A stretch of 64,000 nt of DNA from a candidate division WWE3 bacterium (lineage in GTDB: Bacteria > Patescibacteriota > WWE3 > UBA101185 > UBA10185): positions 523,338-587,337 of the forward strand of contig JBPOHV010000001.1 of NCBI GenBank assembly GCA_052035175.1. The letters run 5' to 3'. Every line of letters begins with the position of its first letter. The first letter of the stretch is position 1. A program made the translations under genes and the position numbers. This document shows, in pieces, positions 56,429 to 64,000 of the stretch. The notes beneath the pieces are model-generated. The model ran no database searches. It had not been told where the DNA came from and was given only the letters and a program-made list of their open reading frames with translations.

Positions 56429-56779
56429 ATGAACGGAATTCATATTGGAGATGTAGTCTCAGTTGCAAGACAGGAGGACTTTGTCCGCTTAAATGTGGAC
56501 AAGATTTATCTGCTACTTGCACCTAAAAGCTTGACTGGAAAGTTTTATTCAGAAACCTCTGTGGTTTCTGTAGAAGACATTCAGACGGCTGGGAGACAAA
56601 AAGTCGATGATCACTTTCAGATTGAAGCCATTGAAGTTAGTGGTGAATATCTGTTTTGTGTTTATTACGAGTATGAAGACACACCAATTTCTATGGTTGC
56701 ATTGTCTCGTGATCAGGTGCACAACCTGTTTCTCACACTGCAACTGCAGCTGATCTTTCTCGCAGGAGGTGCGAAATGA
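56429..56779 (+). CDS. Hypothetical protein (GC-rich islet)
   Basis: 116-aa ORF. Local GC is well above the genome average. Confidence 0.35.
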   Translation: MNGIHIGDVVSVARQEDFVRLNVDKIYLLLAPKSLTGKFYSETSVVSVEDIQTAGRQKVDDHFQIEAIEVSGEYLFCVYYEYEDTPISMVALSRDQVHNLFLTLQLQLIFLAGGAK

Positions 56780-57243
56780 TTGCAAAACTGAAAGAAAACA
56801 AAGGCGAGCTCCTGCTCGCTGCTGCTTTTCTCGTGCTGGTAGGGGTTGTTGTATGGCTGAGTTTTCAACTCTACATTTTGTCCCCATCAACAGAGGCGTG
56901 CAGTCAGTCGAGAGGGCTCGGTTATGTCTCTTCATCTGCTTTCCGCGATGGAAAGCAGGTATATGAGATTGAATTCCTAGATGCTGATGAAGCAATCAGC
57001 ATCAACGCTGTTACCAACAACGGTATTCCCCAAGAATACTGGTTTGGTAGCACCAAACGATTTGTAGTCAACGAACAGGACACAGTTGTAACTGTCGTTG
57101 TCAAAACTCCAAATCGTTGCCGGGATGGAGTCCAAAGCACTACGTACGTTTTTGTCCCTCGGGAAGAGAGCACACCGTGGCGCTTGGCGTTCATGATTTG
57201 GGACGATGCTTCCAATCAAATGCCCCCGATGATTGTTCGGTAG
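56776..57243 (+). CDS. Hypothetical membrane-anchored protein (GC-rich islet)
   Basis: 155 aa with an N-terminal TM helix. GC ~50%. Overlaps the previous ORF by 4 bp. Confidence 0.35.
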   Translation: MIAKLKENKGELLLAAAFLVLVGVVVWLSFQLYILSPSTEACSQSRGLGYVSSSAFRDGKQVYEIEFLDADEAISINAVTNNGIPQEYWFGSTKRFVVNEQDTVVTVVVKTPNRCRDGVQSTTYVFVPREESTPWRLAFMIWDDASNQMPPMIVR

Positions 57244-57340
57244 CTCCTTTGTCCACACGTCTGGCTATATGCCAAATGCTAAATCCAGACTTTGTCTGCG
57301 TGTGGAACTCATATTTATAATATATAATCACTGTAATAAC

Positions 57341-57742
57341 ATGAACGACTCTTACACATGGTACTCAACACTAATCAAACCATCTTGGGCACCACCCAGT
57401 TGGGTATTTGGTCCAGTTTGGACATTTTTATACATCATAATCGCAATAACATTTGGACTAATCTTTTATAAATGGCTTGTAGGAAAGCTAGCCTGGCAAG
57501 TAGCTTTACCATTTGTTTTAAATATACTCTTTAACTTTGCATTTACACCCATTCAATTTGGTCTCAAAAACAATATGTTAGCGGCAGCAGACATCACGTT
57601 GGTTTTAGTCACACTAGTTTGGGGATTGATTAGCATTTCGAAATATATGCGCTGGATCGTATTTGCAAACTTACCTTACTTAGCATGGGTGCTTTTTGCA
57701 ACAATACTACAATTTTCAATTACTTATTTAAATAAAGGATAA
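57341..57742 (+). CDS. tspO: TspO/MBR family tryptophan-rich sensory protein
   Basis: ORF 57233-57742 with the start moved to MNDSYTW. Signature W..LxKPxWxPPxWVFGPVWTxLY. Confidence 0.7.
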   Translation: MNDSYTWYSTLIKPSWAPPSWVFGPVWTFLYIIIAITFGLIFYKWLVGKLAWQVALPFVLNILFNFAFTPIQFGLKNNMLAAADITLVLVTLVWGLISISKYMRWIVFANLPYLAWVLFATILQFSITYLNKG

Positions 57743-57744
57743 TT

Positions 57745-58143
57745 ATGTTTATTAAAATATATTTAATTGCGTTACCTGTATTTCTTCTTGTAGATATGAT
57801 TTGGCTTGGAGTTGTCGCCAAAACTTTTTATGCAAAACACATTGGTTTCTTGATGAAGTCAGATGTAAATTGGAGTGCTGCTCTAATTTTCTACTTATTG
57901 TTTATTTTGGGATTAGTGTTATTTGTCCTAGCGCCTGCACTACAACAACAATCATGGCTATATGCTTTAGCAATGGGTGCATTGTTTGGGTTGATAACTT
58001 ATGCAACATACGACTTGACTAACTTGGCTACTTTAAAAGACTGGCCACTTATAGTAACTGTAGTAGATTTATTATGGGGTACTACTTTGGCTGCAATTGT
58101 GTCTGTAATTAGCTTTTTGATTTCTACAAAGATCGGTATATGA
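57745..58143 (+). CDS. Small 4-TM membrane protein, DUF2177-like (paralog of 39379-39780)
   Basis: 132 aa. DMIWLGVVAKTFY motif shared with the ORF at 39379. Confidence 0.45.
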   Translation: MFIKIYLIALPVFLLVDMIWLGVVAKTFYAKHIGFLMKSDVNWSAALIFYLLFILGLVLFVLAPALQQQSWLYALAMGALFGLITYATYDLTNLATLKDWPLIVTVVDLLWGTTLAAIVSVISFLISTKIGI

Positions 58144-58901
58144 ATGTATATCTTGATTTAGGATTAATATTGGCAGGTTACGCAGTATGCTGGTTTCTTT
58201 TCTCAATAATACTCAAGCGTATGGATATAGCAGATATTGCTTGGGGACTAGGCTTTATTTTAATAAACTGGTATATATTTTTCATTAGCGGAAGTAGCAT
58301 AAAAGGGCTCGTTGTTAATATATTGATCTCTATTTGGGGCGGAAGATTGGCATTTCATATTTACAAAAGAAATCACAACAAACAAGAAGATGCGCGTTAT
58401 GCAGAATGGAGAAAATCGTGGAAACATTTTTATTTACGAAGCTTTTTGCAAGTTTTCTTGCTTCAAAGTTTTTTGATCTATATCATTTCACTTCCAGCTA
58501 TTTTTATTAATTTGAATAATTCTGTTGTAGACATATTTTTAGTCTCTGGAGTAATAGTTTGGATAGCGGGGTTTTATTTTGAAACAGTAGGCGATAAGCA
58601 ATTAGCAACTTTTATAAAGAATCCAGAAAATAAAGATAAAATTATGACTAGTGGACTTTGGAGATATACAAGGCACCCAAATTATTTTGGCGAAGTAGTA
58701 ATGTGGTGGGGAATATTTGTATGCAGTTTGGGGATACCAAATGCTATTTTTACTATAATCGGGCCTTTAACCATTACGTATCTCATTCTCTTTGTTTCGG
58801 GAATTCCGCTTTTGGAAAAAAGATATACCGGCAATACCGAATACGAATTATATAAAAAAAGAACCAGTGCCTTTATACCATTACCTCCAAAATCTGTATG
58901 A
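58140..58901 (+). CDS. DUF1295 / steroid-5alpha-reductase–ICMT-like membrane protein
   Basis: 253 aa, multi-TM. Hallmark GLWRYTRHPNYFGE. Confidence 0.6.
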   Translation: MNVYLDLGLILAGYAVCWFLFSIILKRMDIADIAWGLGFILINWYIFFISGSSIKGLVVNILISIWGGRLAFHIYKRNHNKQEDARYAEWRKSWKHFYLRSFLQVFLLQSFLIYIISLPAIFINLNNSVVDIFLVSGVIVWIAGFYFETVGDKQLATFIKNPENKDKIMTSGLWRYTRHPNYFGEVVMWWGIFVCSLGIPNAIFTIIGPLTITYLILFVSGIPLLEKRYTGNTEYELYKKRTSAFIPLPPKSV

Positions 58902-59407
58902 AAAAGAAAATCGTATTTGTAAATGATTTGATGCAAAATGACTATTCATATGAACTAGTAGAACCCATTGGTAAAAACTTTGACCCATTGTTTAAACCAG
59001 AACTATCACCACAAGAAATGCTTGAACTAGGCGTATTTGGTGGTAAATATATGACTGATTGTATAGACGAATTTCCAAGAGCATGGTTTCAAAATGCCAA
59101 ACTATGTCGTGAATTTCATAACCCCAATTTAAATTACTTTGAGATTAATGCATCACAACCTTTGAGTGTGTGGCGTAAAATGGGATGGATATACGACGAA
59201 GACCCACGTGGATGGTTTCAGTGGTATTGTAGATACTATTTTGGTCGAAGAATTCCACCTGAAGACACAAGGCAAATCAAAAGATGGCGTGCAATAAAAA
59301 GACATATTATTCAGTTACAAAAGAATTGTTTGCCAAAAGATTTAGCGTGTAGAAAAAAGCAGCAACAAGCAATTTTGCATTGGGCTTATGATAGTAGAAA
59401 AATATGA
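58898..59407 (+). CDS. Hypothetical protein
   Basis: 169 aa, Trp/Arg-rich C-terminus. No recognised motif. Confidence 0.4.
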   Translation: MKKKIVFVNDLMQNDYSYELVEPIGKNFDPLFKPELSPQEMLELGVFGGKYMTDCIDEFPRAWFQNAKLCREFHNPNLNYFEINASQPLSVWRKMGWIYDEDPRGWFQWYCRYYFGRRIPPEDTRQIKRWRAIKRHIIQLQKNCLPKDLACRKKQQQAILHWAYDSRKI

Positions 59408-59468
59408 AATCAAAATATTTGGTGATAATATATTATCCAATTAATATAGTTTTTATATCTATAATCAA

Positions 59469-60272
59469 ATGAGGCTTTTAACATATTTACATGATCCTGA
59501 TGATTTATACATACCTTTACTTACAAATCTTGTAATACCTGAGGAACTTAAAGATTCAATTATTGCGATATCACCAACAACTACCGATAAAGTTCGTAAA
59601 CTAGTCAACACGTTAAGTCTCAAAGAAATTGAAGGTGGTACTTACGGGACTGCGCGCATAAATTTACTAAACGAGCATATAAAGTCAAAAGAAGCTGGGG
59701 ATGCATTTGTGTGTGATTTTGACAAAGTAATACACTGGCTTAATACAAATAAAAGCGAATTTTTGCAAACTTTCAATCAACAGTACACTGTTGATTTAAC
59801 TATAGTTGGAAGATCTGTCAAAGCTACAGCAACCTATCCACATTCTTGGATTGATACAGAAAGTATTGCTACGCGCATACTCGCTAAAATTATAAGGCAA
59901 AACCTCGACTTTATGAATGGACCAAGTATATTGAGCAATAAAGCTGCAAATATATTTGCCAAAAATGCAAATGAAACTGGAGTAGGATCATGCGTAGAAT
60001 TTTGCCTGTTGGCACATACAAATAACCTATCAATAAATACTATAGAGGTAGATGGATTAACATGGGAAGACCCTGATAGATATAAAGAAATGATACAACA
60101 AGCTTTAACATATGAAGATTGGAAATATGATGTGTACGACTCTTTATATGAATGGCGAAAACGGGTTGAATTTTTGAATAAACAAGTCGAAGTAATGATT
60201 AGATACTCAGAAGAGCCAACAAATCCAAAATACCCACTCGTTCATAACAAAACAATAGAAAATACTAGATAG
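59469..60272 (+). CDS. Hypothetical protein
   Basis: 267-aa ORF with no recognised motif. Confidence 0.4.
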   Translation: MRLLTYLHDPDDLYIPLLTNLVIPEELKDSIIAISPTTTDKVRKLVNTLSLKEIEGGTYGTARINLLNEHIKSKEAGDAFVCDFDKVIHWLNTNKSEFLQTFNQQYTVDLTIVGRSVKATATYPHSWIDTESIATRILAKIIRQNLDFMNGPSILSNKAANIFAKNANETGVGSCVEFCLLAHTNNLSINTIEVDGLTWEDPDRYKEMIQQALTYEDWKYDVYDSLYEWRKRVEFLNKQVEVMIRYSEEPTNPKYPLVHNKTIENTR

Positions 60273-60283
60273 AAATTTCAAAA

Positions 60284-62035
60284 TTATTCTGATTGACTCG
60301 ACGTAAGATTTCTTTTATTTTTTGGTATACGATTATTTTCGCGATATACACTAATATCATCTCGAACCCACCCAGGAATAACTGCAACACGCACAACATC
60401 GTTACCGTCTTCAGTTTTACCTTTACCAGTATACAAATAGCTAAAACTGTTAACTGTTGATTTAATTAATGGCTTCTCAATAGGTGCAGTGTCGGGGTCG
60501 TCTAAACTTGTAGCAAGCTCTAATATACTACTCATTCTCAAAGACCCATCATCTTTAATACCATACCCAGAATTATGTCCCCATTCACCCGGCCAAGTAT
60601 AGTTATAATGCTTAGCCAAACCCGCACCCAATGACATAGCACGTACCCACAATTGTCTAAATTTTGAACTTCCCTCAGAAGCTTTACCGTGTTGTGTTTC
60701 TAGATAAGCTTGACCATAAGCACCAGTTTGTTCCAAAAACTGTTTTTCTCGAAAAGCAGGACTTGAAAAATCGTTGGCACTAAAATAAAAGCACTCACTT
60801 TTTATTTGTTCTGCCATTCGATCAACGACAAACCCAGGTAAAGCACCAGCAGTGTAAGACGTCATACCAAGCAATGTGGTGTCATATAAATCAAAGTCTT
60901 CACCAAAGGCTGTCTTTAGTACAGCTAATTGAGACTCAGTCATGGGTTGTGTTACATCACTTTCAACGAATGCGTACTTACCAGTGATCCATGGGTACTT
61001 TTTTTCCATCTCTTTATATTTTACTTTACCACCTTCTAATTGACCGACATTTATATCTCTAACAACGACCCGAAAGTTATCAATCATTTTTTGTCTTCTA
61101 ACAGGGTCATCTATAGTATCGATTTGTTCAATCATCGCGGCAGCAGAATTACCCACACCCCCAGCATAATCAATAATTGTGATTTGAGAATCAGGAGTTT
61201 CATCTAATACCATTTCAACATTGCTCATTAACCGTTTAGCCAGCTCAATTCTTCCCACTTGGTCTTGTGATATCCAATATTCTTTCGGCTCAAGCATAGT
61301 CTTATCTAGTAAAACAGTGTTATACAAACCAAGATATTTCTTATTATAAACTGTACCTGTAACAGCAATTGGACCTTCTACTGCTACATCCTGGGATTGA
61401 TTCATAAGTTCTGACATATCTGTCCCAACCAAATCTTCTGGAATAAACCCAACCATTTGAGCATGATATGCCTCATAACCAGATTGTAGCGCCTTGTATA
61501 AATCAACTCCAGGAACCCAATCGTTTAGAAAAGCTCTCCATGATAACTCTACTTGACTATTTGCACCGTGTCTCAAAACAATACCTTCGTTTTTCATAGC
61601 CCAACTAGAGATCTTCAAAGCAGCTAAAGTCATGTACTTTTTAACTATATCTTTTGCTTCTGTAAAAAACACACCTTTTATTTCATTTAAAAGTTTTGTA
61701 TTTAATAAAGCAGCAGCTTGTTCTTCCAACTGTTCACCAGTAATTCTTTGTTGTCTTAATTCAGCAGGTATATCATTCTCAGTAATAAAAAGCGCGGAGT
61801 CGAGAGTTATTGGATGATCTCGTGTAGTACCTTCATCAACATTTGCAGAATGACGCTGTCTACTTAAACGGCCATCTAACAAACTCTTTACGGTAGCCTC
61901 AGAGAATATTTCTGTAGCTGGTACTTGTCCACGTTCGATGTTTAAAGGAGCAAAACCAGCATGAATAAGTGATCGATAAGAGTCTAATGGATCTGGACCT
62001 TCTTGGTTATGAAGTTCTATAGTTGTTTCTACCAT
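60284..62035 (-). CDS. Large hypothetical protein with a class I SAM-methyltransferase-like motif I
   Basis: 583 aa. IIDYAGGVGNSAA resembles MTase motif I (hhDhGxGxG) embedded in large flanking regions. Confidence 0.4.
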   Translation of the reverse strand: MVETTIELHNQEGPDPLDSYRSLIHAGFAPLNIERGQVPATEIFSEATVKSLLDGRLSRQRHSANVDEGTTRDHPITLDSALFITENDIPAELRQQRITGEQLEEQAAALLNTKLLNEIKGVFFTEAKDIVKKYMTLAALKISSWAMKNEGIVLRHGANSQVELSWRAFLNDWVPGVDLYKALQSGYEAYHAQMVGFIPEDLVGTDMSELMNQSQDVAVEGPIAVTGTVYNKKYLGLYNTVLLDKTMLEPKEYWISQDQVGRIELAKRLMSNVEMVLDETPDSQITIIDYAGGVGNSAAAMIEQIDTIDDPVRRQKMIDNFRVVVRDINVGQLEGGKVKYKEMEKKYPWITGKYAFVESDVTQPMTESQLAVLKTAFGEDFDLYDTTLLGMTSYTAGALPGFVVDRMAEQIKSECFYFSANDFSSPAFREKQFLEQTGAYGQAYLETQHGKASEGSSKFRQLWVRAMSLGAGLAKHYNYTWPGEWGHNSGYGIKDDGSLRMSSILELATSLDDPDTAPIEKPLIKSTVNSFSYLYTGKGKTEDGNDVVRVAVIPGWVRDDISVYRENNRIPKNKRNLTSSQSE

Positions 62036-62083
62036 GCTTAAATTTTATCATAAAGTTATACTTGTCTCCTGTATAATCTTAGT

Positions 62084-63187
62084 ATGAAGTACATAGCCTT
62101 GATTGCACTAATTTTTGTATTAGGCATATCTATACCAACAGTACATGCGCAAAGCATTGAACCACAACAAAAGACTTATCACGGCGTAATCAAAGAAATA
62201 AACAAGCAATCCGAATATGAACAAAACATAACAATCGAGATAACTAACAAAGACATGAAAGGATTGCGTGTAGACACAATGCTAGTTTCTACGACACAGA
62301 CTACTAACGAATACACAGTGAATGACAAAGTTTTGTTACTAAGCGTGCTTGATAAAACATCTAATACAACATCTTTTTATATAACAGATTTTGACCGTTC
62401 TGGTGCACTTGTATGGTTATTCATTTTGTTTGCGTTGGTTGTTTTAATTGTGAGCAAAAAATGGGGGCTATACTCACTCATTGGAATGGGTTATTCATTT
62501 TTTATAATTTTTAAATTTATACTTCCGCAATTGCTCAATGGTTACAACCCATTATTAATAGCAATAATAGGCGCATTGCTGATTTCACCTGTTACATTTT
62601 ATTTGTCACATGGCGTCAACAAAAAAACTTCTGTTGCTTTGATTAGTACTATCACCGCATTATTTATCACAGGCACACTATCGATGATATTTATAAATCT
62701 GGCTAAACTAACTGGATTTGGCACTGATGAAGCTTTCTTTTTGCAAATAGCAAAAGGAGGATCTGTAAATATAAAAGGTATATATTTGGCTGGAATTATA
62801 ATTGGAACTTTGGGAATACTAGACGATGTCACTATTTCACAAGCGTCAATTGTTTATCAACTAAAAAAGTCACTCAACAAGATCAGTGACGTAGAACTAT
62901 ATAAGAAAGCTATGGATATAGGACACGATCATATAGCATCAACGGTTAATACACTCGTGCTTGTTTATACAGGCGCGGCGTTGCCTTTGTTACTGTTGTT
63001 TATTAATTCTTCAAACACTTTTTCAGAAGCTATTAATGCAGAAATAATTGCCGATGAAATTGTAAGGACTTTGGTAGGTAGCATAGGGCTTGTTTTGGCT
63101 GTACCAATAAGCACATTACTTTCTGTACTTTTGATAAATGAATCAGATATTGATATGGTAGATGACTCACACAAACATAATCATTAA
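62084..63187 (+). CDS. YibE/F-like multi-TM membrane protein
   Basis: 367 aa. Signal sequence, extracellular N-domain, then ~7 TM helices with a GILDDVTIS-type segment. Confidence 0.5.
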   Translation: MKYIALIALIFVLGISIPTVHAQSIEPQQKTYHGVIKEINKQSEYEQNITIEITNKDMKGLRVDTMLVSTTQTTNEYTVNDKVLLLSVLDKTSNTTSFYITDFDRSGALVWLFILFALVVLIVSKKWGLYSLIGMGYSFFIIFKFILPQLLNGYNPLLIAIIGALLISPVTFYLSHGVNKKTSVALISTITALFITGTLSMIFINLAKLTGFGTDEAFFLQIAKGGSVNIKGIYLAGIIIGTLGILDDVTISQASIVYQLKKSLNKISDVELYKKAMDIGHDHIASTVNTLVLVYTGAALPLLLLFINSSNTFSEAINAEIIADEIVRTLVGSIGLVLAVPISTLLSVLLINESDIDMVDDSHKHNH

Positions 63188-63227
63188 GATAAAAGTAAAT
63201 CAATAAAATTTGATAGAATTATCAGAT

Positions 63228-64000
63228 ATGATTCTCATTGTACTTTGGTTTTTGCTAGCATTCTCTTTATTATGGATAGGGTCTGGACTTGCAGTCAAAA
63301 CAATCTCTCATATATCACATACTTTACGTACCTCATCTTTTTTTATTTCATTTTTTATACTAGGAATACTCACATCGATTACAGAGATTACTATTGGAAT
63401 TAATGCTTATATTGAAAACACACCAGAGATATTTGTGGGTAATCTACTGGGCAGTTCAGTGGTTGTGTACTTATTAATTATACCTATCCTTGCGTTGCTT
63501 AATAACCCAATAAAACTCAATCATACGTTGAATTTCAAAAGTATCGCGACTGCAATTTTGGTTGGGGGGTTTCCAGCATTACTAACTTTGGATAATAATT
63601 TTAGTGTAATAGATGGCTTTATCTGCATACTACTTTATATATATTTTGTCTTAATGCTCGACAAAAGCAGTGGACTACTAAATAAACTATTTCATAAAAA
63701 GTTAACTTATAAAGAAATTTTCACAACTGCTATAAAATTAATCTTTGCAATCATATTAGTTTTTGCGGGCAGCCATATACTTGTCGAACAAACACCAATA
63801 CTGGGTAAGCTCCTTGGTGTATCACCTTTTATCATAAGCGTGTTACTGCTCTCAATAGGCACAAATATTCCAGAAATTGCAATCGCAATACGATCAGTTT
63901 TTGCAAAGCACAAAGAAATCGCCTTTGGAAATTATTTGGGATCTGCATCACTCAACACTTTGGAAATTGGTTTATTAACTTTATTAGGAAAATCTTCAGT
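63228..64000 (+). CDS. Na+/Ca2+ exchanger (CaCA/YrbG family) protein, 3'-truncated by the window edge
   Basis: Alpha-1 repeat GNLLGSSVVVYL and alpha-2 repeat GTNIPEIAIAI. Continues beyond 64000. Confidence 0.7.
   Translation, partial: MILIVLWFLLAFSLLWIGSGLAVKTISHISHTLRTSSFFISFFILGILTSITEITIGINAYIENTPEIFVGNLLGSSVVVYLLIIPILALLNNPIKLNHTLNFKSIATAILVGGFPALLTLDNNFSVIDGFICILLYIYFVLMLDKSSGLLNKLFHKKLTYKEIFTTAIKLIFAIILVFAGSHILVEQTPILGKLLGVSPFIISVLLLSIGTNIPEIAIAIRSVFAKHKEIAFGNYLGSASLNTLEIGLLTLLGKSS

Overview
AT-rich (~35% GC) bacterial chromosome segment with compact gene spacing, many small membrane and secreted proteins, and nine tRNA genes that all encode their CCA tail. This is compatible with a small-genome lineage such as CPR/Patescibacteria, but the taxon is not provable from sequence alone.

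Recognisable housekeeping genes:
- Stress and proteostasis: a short RelA/SpoT-family enzyme, a ClpC-like AAA+ ATPase with an odd transmembrane N-terminal extension, and methionine aminopeptidase.
- DNA and translation: DinB, LeuRS, RsmI, a UvrD/HelD-like helicase, a DEDDh exonuclease and an ABC-F protein.
- Envelope and membrane: a MacAB-like efflux trio, DgkA, a DsbA-like protein, an SPFH protein, two GT-C glycosyltransferases, a CPA2 antiporter, TspO, a DUF1295 protein, YibE/F, a CaCA exchanger, a PIG-L deacetylase and two class-A beta-lactamase-like paralogs.

Two accessory structures stand out:
1. A ~5.7 kb integrative element inserted at the 3' end of tRNA-Lys (about 24002-29694). It is bounded by 37-bp direct repeats (tRNA 3' end plus flank) and carries a large serine recombinase, a 455-bp GC-rich non-coding stretch, and four cargo ORFs of unknown function. 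One cargo ORF fuses a PUA/EVE-like domain to a possible PD-(D/E)xK nuclease, so this is a candidate modification-dependent restriction or defence module.
2. A ~2.4 kb array of short genes (33.7-36.1 kb; Cys-rich secreted protein, HhH-like protein, NUDIX, small membrane protein). Each is delimited by copies of a 100-bp imperfect palindrome that ends in GTTGAAC (a GTTRRRY-type core) and has bulged inverted ends, i.e. integron attC-like or MITE-like cassette boundaries, with no integrase nearby.

Other features:
- Three families of dispersed short palindromic or hairpin repeats in intergenic regions.
- Several GC-rich islets that look horizontally acquired (14.45-14.9 kb, 43.7-45.9 kb, 56.4-57.3 kb).
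- An uncharacterised two-gene module (53.6-56.3 kb) whose second protein ends in an OmpR-type winged helix.

No CRISPR array or rRNA was seen.
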